This document shows positions 1 to 9,682 of a DNA stretch of 64,000 bases, piece by piece; positions within the stretch are counted from its first letter, which is position 1, and every line of letters begins with the position of its first letter. The translations under genes and the position numbers were made by a program. The notes beneath the pieces are model-generated. The model was given only the letters and a program-made list of their open reading frames with translations, ran no database searches and was not told where the DNA came from. This stretch comes from Patescibacteria group bacterium (GTDB lineage: Bacteria > Patescibacteriota > Patescibacteriia > JAXHNJ01): positions 77,824-141,823 of the forward strand of contig JBDRMK010000017.1 of the NCBI GenBank assembly GCA_043812155.1, written 5' to 3'.

Positions 1-148
1 CATCCGAGCCTGAATTATTATTTTCGTTCAAGACCCCCTGGTTATTATTGGCATTAACCGATTCACTGGGCCAGAAATAAAAATAGTAAACCGCCGCTCC
101 GCCTAAAAGAACGATCAGCGTCAGGGAAAGAATAATTATTTTTTTCAT
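1..148 (-). CDS. Partial hypothetical protein with N-terminal membrane anchor (runs off window)
   Basis: Manual translation from ATG at 148: MKKIIILSLTLIVLLGGAAVYYFYFWPSESVNANNNQG..., open to position 1. Confidence 0.7.
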   Translation of the reverse strand, partial: MKKIIILSLTLIVLLGGAAVYYFYFWPSESVNANNNQGVLNENNNSGSD

Positions 149-183
149 ATAGTTTTATAATAGCTTATAAATATACAAGGTAT

Positions 184-2166
184 TTAGCCTAGCCCTTCCG
201 AGTCGCGGGTAATATTCAATTCGTCTTTTTGGCGGGGCTGAACATTTCGGCCGACTTTTTCCTCCGGCCCTGTCTGGCTTTCTTCGGCCGCGCCTGCCTC
301 ACCGCCCAGCTGACGTTCAAATTCCTTTTTCGCCGCTTCAATTTCCAGCAGCTGCCGGGGGTCGGAAGTGATAAGCTGGTCTTCGGTATAAGAAGCGACG
401 ACTTTAATGGCCGCGTGGCGGGTGCCGGCGAAAAATATCCCTTCGCCGACGCCGCATTCCAAAAGCAAATAGCGCTCTCCCTGGGTTAAAAGAAATGTTT
501 TGGCGATAATATCAATGCCGGCCGGAGATTGCTTCATCAAAAGCTGCAGGGCGGAGTTATTGACGATCGCCTGGCCGTAAGGTGAGCGCAAGAAATCATT
601 GACATCCTGAGTGATAGTAGTAACCCCGAGATAATATTTGCGGCAGCGCTTGACCAAAGCGTAAATAAATTTGGCGGAATCCTCGTTCTGCATCAGCCAC
701 CAGGCCTCGTCGATCACCAGCACTCTTTTTTTCATCTTGGAGCGCACCACGTTCCAGATATAAGAAACGATCATGGAAATGCCGATGGCCCGCAGCTCAT
801 CTTCTAAGTCTCTGACGGAAAAAACCACCAGCTGATTATTCACTTCCACATTGGTCGGGCTGTTAAAAAGTCCGGAAAACGTTCCTTCAGTGTATTTTTT
901 CAATCTTTCGGTCAGTTCTTCGGCCCCGACCATCCCTTCCAGAACATCCTGAAGGTCTTTCATTAAAGGCGGCTCAATTTTTGAAAGATCAGAATCAGGG
1001 GTAATATCCTTATTGGAGTAAGTCTCCAAAAGGGCCCGGTCAATGATAGAATCCTCCTCATGGGTCAGTTCGCCCAGCATCAGACGAAGCAAGGATTTTA
1101 AGGTAATGACGGCCGAACGGATAATATCAGCCGTTTTCTCCCCTCCGTAAACCGCTTTAGGCAGATCGAACGGATTGATGCGGCTTTCGGAATTCAGGGA
1201 AATATTAATGTAGGTGCCGCCGACCGCGTCGCAAAGATATTTATACTCCATTTCCGGGTCAACGATGATCACGTCGGTGCCGAACATCAGGCTGCGCAGG
1301 ACTTCCAGTTTCACGGCGTAGCTTTTCCCCGAGCCGGAAACGGCGAAAACATTCAAATTGGCGTTTTCCAGGGAAAAACGGTCAAAAAGGATAAGGCTGT
1401 TGTTATGCCGGTTAATGCCGTAAAGGATGCCGTTGTCCGAAGATAGGTCCGCGGAAATAAAAGGGAAAGAAGAGGCGCAAGGCGAGGAATTCATATTAAA
1501 AGTGACTTGCAATTCATCCAAGCCTAAAGGCAGAGTGGAATTGAAACCCTGCTCCGCCTGAAAAAGAACCCTCTTTGTGTAAATAAGAGTGGAGCCGAAG
1601 ATTGATTCTATTTTTTCAGTCAGGCGGTCCAATTCATCTTTCTTATCGGCGTAAAGAGTGAGGTAAAGGGCGAATTGGAAAAATTTTTCCGTGCCTTGGG
1701 TCAGATCATCCCTCAGTTTTTCAATATCTTTTAAGGCGGTTTCCCGCATCGGGTCCCGCGGCGCGCCTTTTTCCGCGTCGGACAAAATCTGCGCTTCAAT
1801 GGCGCCGACCCGGTTTTTCAGTTGTTTTAATATCAGTTTTGATTCCACCGGGTAAAAAAACATGGCCACGTCCAAAGCGACATTAAGATTGATAATGGGC
1901 GAGAACCAGCCGACGGAGATATAGCGAGGGTAAGTGACGACAAAAAGAGTCCTGACGAATTTGCCGCCCAAATTAATGTAATCCCTTTCAATATTAATCG
2001 CGGCCGGGGCAATCAGGTCCCGCACCGAAATAGTGCCTTTGCGGTAAATTCTTTCCGCCTCAATGATCTCGCGAGCCACATCCGCTTTTATGGGTTTTTT
2101 TTCGGGCGCCGAGACCGGCGTTCTGGCCGCTATGATTTTTCCTTTGGATAAATTTATATCGGGCAT
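184..2166 (-). CDS. virB4: VirB4/TraC-like type IV secretion ATPase
   Basis: Walker A-like AVSGSGKS, Walker B VIDEAW, RCRKY..TTITQ motif. Start moved to MPDINL (2166) to avoid overlapping the upstream gene. Confidence 0.9.
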   Translation of the reverse strand: MPDINLSKGKIIAARTPVSAPEKKPIKADVAREIIEAERIYRKGTISVRDLIAPAAINIERDYINLGGKFVRTLFVVTYPRYISVGWFSPIINLNVALDVAMFFYPVESKLILKQLKNRVGAIEAQILSDAEKGAPRDPMRETALKDIEKLRDDLTQGTEKFFQFALYLTLYADKKDELDRLTEKIESIFGSTLIYTKRVLFQAEQGFNSTLPLGLDELQVTFNMNSSPCASSFPFISADLSSDNGILYGINRHNNSLILFDRFSLENANLNVFAVSGSGKSYAVKLEVLRSLMFGTDVIIVDPEMEYKYLCDAVGGTYINISLNSESRINPFDLPKAVYGGEKTADIIRSAVITLKSLLRLMLGELTHEEDSIIDRALLETYSNKDITPDSDLSKIEPPLMKDLQDVLEGMVGAEELTERLKKYTEGTFSGLFNSPTNVEVNNQLVVFSVRDLEDELRAIGISMIVSYIWNVVRSKMKKRVLVIDEAWWLMQNEDSAKFIYALVKRCRKYYLGVTTITQDVNDFLRSPYGQAIVNNSALQLLMKQSPAGIDIIAKTFLLTQGERYLLLECGVGEGIFFAGTRHAAIKVVASYTEDQLITSDPRQLLEIEAAKKEFERQLGGEAGAAEESQTGPEEKVGRNVQPRQKDELNITRDSEGLG

Positions 2167-2173
2167 AATAATT

Positions 2174-2848
2174 TTATTCTTCCAAATTAATTTTATTGAT
2201 GTCAACCATTTTTTCCTGGTTATAGGATTCCGGATTATAAGTGTTATAAAACAATTCAATCAGGCTTTGCGTGTCCAAGATTTCGGATCTCAAACCGATA
2301 GAAGAAAGGGCATCCCTCACGTAATCCACCCGTTTGAATATTTCTTCTTTGTATTTCTCAAATTTTTGCTTTTTTAAATGAATGGCCGTGGTCGGCGATA
2401 TTGATTCCACGATCCGGCTGATAAATTTTTTTGGCTTGTCGCCCCGGCCGGAATAGGGAATCGCCGCGTAAAATCTTTTACTCATGATATCAGCCATTTG
2501 GATCAATTCAGCGATATATTGGCGGTATTCAGTCGTCTGCATCCGCAATAATTCATTGGTCTGCTCCTTTTCTATTTTTTTAAGCTGCTCAAGATAGGCG
2601 TCAATATTCAATTTACGCGACTGGATGACGATCTGCAGATTAAAATCAAGGGAATTAATGAATTGGATATAACCCTGAATAACCGCTTCCTGCTCTTCCT
2701 GTGATTTCAAGGAAAAATTTATTGAGGAGACCAAGAGAACGGCCCGGATCGATCCGTCTTTAAGCACGATGCAATTATCCTTGATTTCCAAGATATCAAG
2801 GTATTTTTGGGTGGCCACCGCTTTAGAAGCCGTTCTTATTTTTGGCAT
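2174..2848 (-). CDS. T4SS-cluster protein resembling the VirB4/TraC N-terminal domain
   Basis: VSSINFSLKSQEEQ..LQIVIQSRKLNIDAYL motif. Sits between prgI and virB4. Confidence 0.7.
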   Translation of the reverse strand: MPKIRTASKAVATQKYLDILEIKDNCIVLKDGSIRAVLLVSSINFSLKSQEEQEAVIQGYIQFINSLDFNLQIVIQSRKLNIDAYLEQLKKIEKEQTNELLRMQTTEYRQYIAELIQMADIMSKRFYAAIPYSGRGDKPKKFISRIVESISPTTAIHLKKQKFEKYKEEIFKRVDYVRDALSSIGLRSEILDTQSLIELFYNTYNPESYNQEKMVDINKINLEE

Positions 2849-2860
2849 GAAATTGTATAA

Positions 2861-3310
2861 TTATTTTTTATTTTGTTCCGATAATTCGTCTTCCTGGTAG
2901 GCGCCGCCGGTATCAACAATCAGGGATACTTGGGTCAGTTTTGAAGCAGAAAGAGGTTTTTTATGCGGGATGATCACGGGGGCGCGGGGCTTTTCTTCCT
3001 TGTATTTAAAATCACTTTTGGTGAACGATTTGCTCCAAACCCGCAGACGCGGCTCTTTCATCGTATTAAATAAATTCAGGAGAAAATAATGGAAAGGGCG
3101 GCCATTCAGGCGCAGAAAAGCGAAAAGTCCGGAAATCCCGAAAAGGAGGACGGCGATAACGGCAAAAAGGAAAAAATTTATGCTGAAAAAAATCTGATAA
3201 TCAAGGTAGATTAAAACTCCCGCCACTAAAAGCGTGACGAACTGGCGGACTGAAATCGGCCCGATAATTTTGCTTTCAATGTCGATAAATTGCGGAACTG
3301 TAAATTGCAT
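2861..3310 (-). CDS. prgI: PrgI-family (VirB3-like) membrane protein
   Basis: MQFTVPQFIDIESKIIGPISVRQF start, two TM helices, NGRPF motif. Confidence 0.85.
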   Translation of the reverse strand: MQFTVPQFIDIESKIIGPISVRQFVTLLVAGVLIYLDYQIFFSINFFLFAVIAVLLFGISGLFAFLRLNGRPFHYFLLNLFNTMKEPRLRVWSKSFTKSDFKYKEEKPRAPVIIPHKKPLSASKLTQVSLIVDTGGAYQEDELSEQNKK

Positions 3311-3318
3311 CGTGTTTA

Positions 3319-5004
3319 TTAAAATCTTAATTCTTTATTCAAATCAGCCAGATCGCTGAATTCTTTTTCCGTCAGATATGGCTGGCCGGAAGCCGTTCTT
3401 TCTTCCACCACTTCTCGGATAGTTCTGGCTCTTTCCATGCTTTGCCGGCCCATTTCCAGGTACAATTGATAAACCTCCGATTCCCGCCAGGCTTTTACCC
3501 CGGCCGCGAAACGCGTAAATGAATCTTCTTTCAAAAGATTGATCTTATCGTAAACTTTCCGCACGGCGCTTACCCGATCACTGCCGATACGCCTGAAATC
3601 ATTTAAACTTAACATTCTTAATTCTTCAACCGGCCCGGAAATTTTGGCTTTGCCCTTAATATCCTCGAGTCTTGGTTTTTGCGAAATAACAGAAGGCCGC
3701 TGAATATTTATGGGCGTAGATATATTTTCTCTCTCATTTTTCTGCTCTGCTTCTTCGCGCAATTTACTAAGGGCTTTTTCAAACAGAACCTGAGCTTGGG
3801 TCTTGACCGGCTCAGCGAGCGCCTCTTTAATAGGGGAGATTTTTTCTTCATCTGACATTTCTTTTGTATCTTGGGTTGATTCTGGTTCTTCCGGAACTGG
3901 TTTAAAAATTTTTTCCTTTTCTAAAGTGGCGGCTAAGGCTTCTTTAGGCGTCGGGACAGGAATTTTTGGCCGAGCCTCCCCCTGGGGCTTTAAAGCATGC
4001 AGACGCGGAATTTCATTCCTTAGATCTGTGATAATATTTTCCGCCTGGTCTTCCGGATATTCCAAGCCGCCGATCTTTGACGAGCGGGTCAATAAGTCAA
4101 AAGTGTCGCTTTCCGTTCGGATTTCTTTAAGCCTTGAGCCGGCGATGGAAAAAAAACGCTTTTTTAAAATATCATCCTCAAAAACTAGATTATATTTTGA
4201 AATAATTTGATTTATTACTTCGTCAACGCTTAAAGTGTCCGAAAGCGGAAAAGAGGAAAGGTTTTTTTCATGATTTTTTATTTCTTCATCGTCTTCAGGA
4301 TCTAAATAAGAATTGGCTGTTGATTTCTCGCTCGGCTCCAAACTTACCGTTTTCAACTGATTTTTTACTTCTTCGGTAACGGGCGACAGTTCAACTTCTT
4401 TCGTTTCTTCCACTGGTTTTTCTGTTTTGGCCGGCGGTAAATCTTTTCGCTCCGGCGGCAGAGAAGGGATAGGCGGAGGAATATTTTTTTCTTCTTTAAC
4501 AGACGGCCGGGCCGGCGAAAATTCCTCTAATTTTCCCTGCTTCATGATTTTTAACCGGCCGTCTTTGTCCTTTATCACGATTGTTTCCAGGCTGGCCGGT
4601 TTTTCCGCCACTTCATTAATAAATTCGTATATTCCAAAAATATTTTTTAATAGGATCAGCGTTTTTTCCGGGATATTCTGATTTCTTAAAGAACTGAGAT
4701 AATCCTCAGTTTTATTGATTTTCCCGGCGGAAAAATCAATAAAATCTTTCAGCCAATTGGAAATCAAAGGCGGCATTCTTAAGCCTTTATTCGTCACCAT
4801 GAACGCGCCCAGGGATTGATTATTGGTTTTCAAGGCGGCGGTTATTTTTTGCGCCAATATTTTCCGTGAAGCCAAAGGCAAGCTTAAAAACTTCAGGCGC
4901 AAATTTTTCAAAGTTTCCGGATAAGAAAGAAGACCGGGCAAATTTCGGCTTACCTCGTTTAATAGCTCTTCATCGGTCATTAATTGTAAGGACTGGCCCT
5001 CCAT
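3319..5004 (-). CDS. Hypothetical protein of the T4SS-like cluster, with Pro/Glu-rich linkers
   Basis: 561-aa ORF tightly packed in the operon. N-terminal domain resembles part of 8234..9682. Confidence 0.75.
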   Translation of the reverse strand: MEGQSLQLMTDEELLNEVSRNLPGLLSYPETLKNLRLKFLSLPLASRKILAQKITAALKTNNQSLGAFMVTNKGLRMPPLISNWLKDFIDFSAGKINKTEDYLSSLRNQNIPEKTLILLKNIFGIYEFINEVAEKPASLETIVIKDKDGRLKIMKQGKLEEFSPARPSVKEEKNIPPPIPSLPPERKDLPPAKTEKPVEETKEVELSPVTEEVKNQLKTVSLEPSEKSTANSYLDPEDDEEIKNHEKNLSSFPLSDTLSVDEVINQIISKYNLVFEDDILKKRFFSIAGSRLKEIRTESDTFDLLTRSSKIGGLEYPEDQAENIITDLRNEIPRLHALKPQGEARPKIPVPTPKEALAATLEKEKIFKPVPEEPESTQDTKEMSDEEKISPIKEALAEPVKTQAQVLFEKALSKLREEAEQKNERENISTPINIQRPSVISQKPRLEDIKGKAKISGPVEELRMLSLNDFRRIGSDRVSAVRKVYDKINLLKEDSFTRFAAGVKAWRESEVYQLYLEMGRQSMERARTIREVVEERTASGQPYLTEKEFSDLADLNKELRF

Positions 5005-5007
5005 AGT

Positions 5008-5949
5008 TTATAAAGTAGTTATCGGTCTTGATTGAGTGATATAAAATTTATTTTTGTGCAATGCCCATTCAATATCCTGCGGATGATGGTAATGCTTTTC
5101 AATAAGTTTGCAGATTTTCGCCAGTTCGACAATTTGCCGGCCGGCCAATTTCTGCTGATGGCCTTTTTTGCCCTTAATTTTTATTTTTACCGTACCGCTC
5201 TTTTTCTTCCGGATAATTTTTTCATTCTGCTCGGCCACGTTAATATCCACCAGATAATTATCTTTTTTATCAATTACATATGTGTCCGGCGTCACCTGGC
5301 CGGAAACAATCGCCTCCCCTTGGCCCAAGACCGCTTCAATAACCATCTGATTTTTGTCTTTGGAAACCGGATGCACAGTGAAAGCCACGCCGGAAACTTC
5401 TGAATCAATCATCTTCTGAATAACCACGGCCACCGCCACCTTCTGCTTATGCAATTTCTTTTCATAACGGTAGAAAATGGCCCGGGGCGTGAACATGGAA
5501 GACCAGCATTTTTTCACGGCCGCCAAAAGATTTGGCTGATTGACAAATAAATAAGATTCCAGCTCTCCGGCCCAGGAAGCGATTTTAGAATCCTCGGCCG
5601 TGGCGCTTGATCTTACCGCCACATAAGGTGATTTTAATTTTTTAAAGGCCGCCAAAATCGGTTTTTTAAGATCCTCGGGCATTTTTTTCTTGGCAGAAAC
5701 AGCCCGGATCTCATTGGAGGCGCGGTCAACCGAATTTACATCCTTATAATTGACATTGGAAATACGAGCCTCAATTTCAATATCCAAATCGCTTTCGGCT
5801 AAGAATTTATCAAAGGCGGAAGCCAAAATAACGAAACCGTCAGGCACAGGGAAACCGTGAGCGGCCATTTCTCCCAGAGAAGCGCCTTTGCCGCCGGCTT
5901 CTTTGACATTTTTTTTGCTTATTTTGGCAAAAGGGATGACAAAATTCAT
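5008..5949 (-). CDS. PEP/pyruvate-binding (PEP synthase N-terminal ATP-grasp) domain protein
   Basis: GGKGASLGEM, VAVRSSATAED, DIEWA, QSRPITT motifs. No His-swivel or PEP barrel domain. Start at MNFVIPF. Confidence 0.9.
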   Translation of the reverse strand: MNFVIPFAKISKKNVKEAGGKGASLGEMAAHGFPVPDGFVILASAFDKFLAESDLDIEIEARISNVNYKDVNSVDRASNEIRAVSAKKKMPEDLKKPILAAFKKLKSPYVAVRSSATAEDSKIASWAGELESYLFVNQPNLLAAVKKCWSSMFTPRAIFYRYEKKLHKQKVAVAVVIQKMIDSEVSGVAFTVHPVSKDKNQMVIEAVLGQGEAIVSGQVTPDTYVIDKKDNYLVDINVAEQNEKIIRKKKSGTVKIKIKGKKGHQQKLAGRQIVELAKICKLIEKHYHHPQDIEWALHKNKFYITQSRPITTL

Positions 5950-6050
5950 ATAAATTTGCCTTATTATTATGCCATAACTTTGAAGTTTTAACAAATATCA
6001 ATTTATTCAAAAAAAGAAGCACAAAATCATTTATATGCCCATAAATTGAA

Positions 6051-6848
6051 CTAATAAAGTCTAATATTTAGTACTTTCGGTATTTCCTCTATCAAATCAC
6101 CGGCGTTATAATAGACGCCGACCTTTTTATACAAATTATCACCGGCCAGACCGTTTATCAAGACTCCTACCTGGCCGGCCAAAAATAAATCGTTTTTACA
6201 GGCCAAGGCCGCCACAAGACCGGATAAGACATCGCCCGTCCCGCCTTTGGTCATGCCTTCATTGCCTGTCGTATTTATAAAACATTCTTTAAGCGAGCAG
6301 ACATAATCATTTTTACCTTTCAAAACTATATAACAGCAGCAATTTTTTGCCATCCTGGCGCAATTTTCCGGGCTGGCTTTGATACCGAATAATTTTTCAA
6401 ATTCGCCAGGGTGAGGGGTGACTAAACAATTTGTATTCAATAATTTTTTATCTGCCATTTTTAAGGCGTCGGCGTCCAACACGAATTTTTTGTCTTTATA
6501 ATTTATCAATAATGAATTGAGTGCTTTTTTATTTTCTGACGACACGCCCCAACCCGGACCGATCAAAATTACGTCTGATTTTTTTACCGTATCATTTAAT
6601 TCATTGCTATTAATCGTGATAAAGGCCGGGCTATTCTTTTTAATTTCCCGCATTAATTTCATACTACCTGAGACTGAATAGAAATATATCAGATCGACTA
6701 TTTTAGAAGCGATTTCAATCGCGTACCACGGGGCTCCATGATATTTTTCTGACCCGGCGATAATCAATAAAACGCCGTTTTCGCCTTTGCGGGAATTTTT
6801 CGGCGGGTGGTATAAATGTTTTAAAATTGATCGGGTGATTTTTTTCAT
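6051..6848 (-). CDS. nnrD: ADP-dependent NAD(P)H-hydrate dehydratase
   Basis: RKGENG, VLDADAL, TPHPGEF, GGTGDVLSG motifs. Confidence 0.92.
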   Translation of the reverse strand: MKKITRSILKHLYHPPKNSRKGENGVLLIIAGSEKYHGAPWYAIEIASKIVDLIYFYSVSGSMKLMREIKKNSPAFITINSNELNDTVKKSDVILIGPGWGVSSENKKALNSLLINYKDKKFVLDADALKMADKKLLNTNCLVTPHPGEFEKLFGIKASPENCARMAKNCCCYIVLKGKNDYVCSLKECFINTTGNEGMTKGGTGDVLSGLVAALACKNDLFLAGQVGVLINGLAGDNLYKKVGVYYNAGDLIEEIPKVLNIRLY

Positions 6849-6859
6849 AAATTTACACG

Positions 6860-7007
6860 TGTCGAGCGGGGGCTCGACAGGTACCCGGAAAAAAGGAGTT
6901 TGTTGAGCGAGGGCTTGACACTACCCTAGAGGGTAAACGTGTGATAAGCGACGGCTCGATAATATTTTCTTCTTTCTGGCGGGTAGGTCGGAGCCCCTGC
7001 TCCGACC
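6860..7007. repeat. Cluster of GTAG/GTAC-type REP palindromes 3' of the RAYT gene
   Basis: GGGTAG-GTCGGAGC-CCCT-GCTCCGAC at 6981-7007. Reverse-oriented copies at 6860-6886 and 6901-6926. Confidence 0.8.
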
Positions 7008-7013
7008 TTTCGC

Positions 7014-7709
7014 TCATAATTCATCAATTTTTATCAAAGCATGATCATTAAATTCATAATTTCGGTACGACGACCACGGGTAATCTTCAGGATTCTTAAC
7101 CAGTTTAGCTTTGACGGGATTATGATGGATGTAATACAATTTTTGCTCCAATTTCTTTTCGGAGTAAATATTGAAATCGTAAAAATCTGGCATCCATATT
7201 GAATATTTTCTTGTTTTTTCTTTATTTTCCCTCGGGTAGGCCGAATCCTCGGATTTGGCAGAAAGACGTGTCCGATCTAAGGATCGAACTTTACCCGTTA
7301 GCGGGTAGGCCGAATCCTTGGATTCGGCCGGAAGGCAGGCCCGATCTGAGGATCGGACGGTACCCAACGTAGCGGGATAATCAAAAATTTTTCCCGTTAC
7401 AGAAAACTTCTTGAGTAAATCGGTCTTTTTATCCTTTAATAATTGCTGTACTATCTGTATGCTTGAAAATTTTTTAAAATCCCGCATTACTCTGGAAATA
7501 TCATTGTATTTATCATTTAACTGAATTAATAGATGGACATGGTTCGGCATAATGACAAAACCAAGCAACTTATAGGAAAATTTATTGCAATAGAATATTA
7601 GATTGTCAATGATAATACGGCATAATTTATCCTCTTGAAAAAGCGCTATTTTGTTAAAAGTGTGAACGGTAACAAAATGAACCGTATTTTCAATATTGTA
7701 TTTCTTCAT
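7014..7709 (-). mobile_element. REP-associated tyrosine transposase (RAYT, IS200-like Y1 HUH) with in-frame REP insertion
   Basis: HFVT, FVIMPNHVHLL (HUH), YIHHNPVKA (catalytic Tyr), YPWSSY motifs and flanking REPs. Confidence 0.88.
7234..7365. repeat. Two tandem 69-bp REP doublets (BIME-like) inside the RAYT CDS
   Basis: GGGTAGGCCGAATCC..GGATT(T/C)GGC at 7234 and 7303, each followed by an inverted G(T/C)CCGATC..GATCG..TACCC unit. Confidence 0.85.
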
Positions 7710-8011
7710 GGCAAACTCATGATGATTTGCTGTATCCGCTCCGCCTCTTGCCTAACTATCTCCGTGTCGTATTCCCCGGCGTGCATGCTTGTCCCCGAAT
7801 AAGAGGGCCTCTTGGCGTCAAAATGCAAATTCAAGATCAGCTCTTCGCGGCTGTCCTTATTAACATAAATGTGAAATTTGGGAAATTCGCTTCGACCGGC
7901 CCGGCGGGCAAAACCCGGCTCGCCTTTATTGTCGCCGGAATAATGATAGCCACATTTGCGCAAAAGCGTTAAAGTATTTTCGGAAAAATTTTTCGCGATT
8001 ATAAGCCTCAT
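7706..8011 (-). CDS. Small hypothetical protein
   Basis: 101-aa ORF (FPKFHIY, LNLHFD) overlapping the RAYT start by 4 nt. Confidence 0.7.
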   Translation of the reverse strand: MRLIIAKNFSENTLTLLRKCGYHYSGDNKGEPGFARRAGRSEFPKFHIYVNKDSREELILNLHFDAKRPSYSGTSMHAGEYDTEIVRQEAERIQQIIMSLP

Positions 8012-8096
8012 AATGACTATATTCTAGCGCTTTTTCCAAATATTTTCAAACCCAAAAATCCGGTACCTTTAAACGGATGTTCCGGCTATCCCAAAT

Positions 8097-8223
8097 TGTC
8101 ATGCTGAGGCTGTCGTGAGCTTGCGAACGACACTCGAAGCATAGACAATGTGCCCATTTACAAGCGTCACCCTTCGAGGCCCAGCCTGCCCTGAGTGGCA
8201 ACGAAGGACGCCTCAGGGTGACA
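8097..8223. repeat. Palindromic REP-like element with nested sub-elements
   Basis: Terminal inverted repeat TGTCATGCTGAG...CTCAGGGTGACA. Contains CCTGCCCTGAG..GAAGG, also seen inverted near 54235. Confidence 0.7.
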
Positions 8224-8233
8224 ATATATTTTA

Positions 8234-9682
8234 TTACTCCATCACCAAACTTCCGTCATCATTAAGGTTCACCATCGCCCATTCAACCTGGCTGGTACCG
8301 ATATTATAATAGACCAAGCCAAGGTATGAATCCTGCTTTAAAGCGCGGAAAATATTTTCCAGTTGCCAGGCGACATAGGCCGATTGATCTCCTTCCGGCA
8401 GAATCCGGCTAAGCACGAATTTTAGGAATATTTTCAAGTATATGGAGTCTTCTTTGTTTTGGCGGAAATTATCGGCTAAAACCTTGGGATCAACGCCGGG
8501 CTTTTGTTTTATTAGAATTGGGAATATTTCTTTTTCAAAAATTTCCTGGACAAAAGGGTCTGAAATGATATTTTTCAATTCCCCTGTCCGGGCCAGAATA
8601 ATAAGGCAGGCGGCGGCGACATTCGGCTCTTTATCGCGGTAAGCGTCAAAAAAATAATTTTTCAGCTTTTCAAACTCGCCTTTTGAAGCGCTAACAATAT
8701 TACTTTCTTCGGCGCTAATTTGCTTTAAAAGAGGTTCGTTTTCCGCCGCTGTTTTATTAAGCTTTTCCCGAATAGAGTCCGTTTCCGAGAGTTTATCTTC
8801 TTTTACTCCTTCTTCTTCTTTAACGGTAGGCTTAGTAGATACGGGAGTAGGAGTAAAAGAAGATAATGATTCCTCTTTTTGGCCGCCGAGGTTAAGTGAG
8901 GCTAAAGCTTTTTCCCTAACGGCTATAATAGTATTAATTTTATTCTCGTCAAATTTCAACGGCTGGAAGACGCCGCCGATAATATTACCCTGATGTCCTT
9001 CATCGTCTATGGGAATAGCCTCCTCCAATCCTTCAAGCGTCAAAGAAGAAAGTTTTAATTTTTCATAAAATTTAATTACCTGCTCAACTTTCTTTTTGTC
9101 TTCCGGCGGCAGACTCTTAGTGTTCGTATCGGTAAAAAGATATTCCGTCACTTTGATCAAGGAAATAACTTCGTTGCCCAAAATTGACCGATAGGCAAGA
9201 ATCCAGTTACCGACCGTGGGGGGCAAAAGACGGCCATTGACTTCAATGTCTTTTTGGGTGAGTTTTTCGGCATTTCTCTCTAAAGCCTCTTTGACTCTTT
9301 TTTTAAATTCATCGCGTATATCCAATGGGAAAATAAACAATAGGCGGGCACGGAAACTATCTTCTAAATAATAATCAGACATGGAAAAAATCGCCGTCAG
9401 ATGCTTTCCAAACATTTCCACCACGTCATCTTCTTTTAGGAGACTTAAGGCGACCCAAGAAGCCCGGACGATCATTTCCCGCACTTTCTCGTAAATATCC
9501 GGGTAATCCAAGACAAACGACGGGTAATCTTTAAAAGCCTGGGTAAGATTGGCGGCAAACAGAAGCGCGTCTTCGGTCTGGCTAAAAGTAATAATCTCCT
9601 CAAGCTTCCGGGCAAGTTTCTGCGAGAAAGCTGGAACCGTTAGTTTTTCGACGATTAATTTGGTGTCCGCGTTGATAATCAT
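8234..9682 (-). CDS. Hypothetical protein of the T4SS-like cluster
   Basis: 482-aa ORF overlapping the stop of the VirB6-like gene. Confidence 0.75.
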   Translation of the reverse strand: MIINADTKLIVEKLTVPAFSQKLARKLEEIITFSQTEDALLFAANLTQAFKDYPSFVLDYPDIYEKVREMIVRASWVALSLLKEDDVVEMFGKHLTAIFSMSDYYLEDSFRARLLFIFPLDIRDEFKKRVKEALERNAEKLTQKDIEVNGRLLPPTVGNWILAYRSILGNEVISLIKVTEYLFTDTNTKSLPPEDKKKVEQVIKFYEKLKLSSLTLEGLEEAIPIDDEGHQGNIIGGVFQPLKFDENKINTIIAVREKALASLNLGGQKEESLSSFTPTPVSTKPTVKEEEGVKEDKLSETDSIREKLNKTAAENEPLLKQISAEESNIVSASKGEFEKLKNYFFDAYRDKEPNVAAACLIILARTGELKNIISDPFVQEIFEKEIFPILIKQKPGVDPKVLADNFRQNKEDSIYLKIFLKFVLSRILPEGDQSAYVAWQLENIFRALKQDSYLGLVYYNIGTSQVEWAMVNLNDDGSLVME

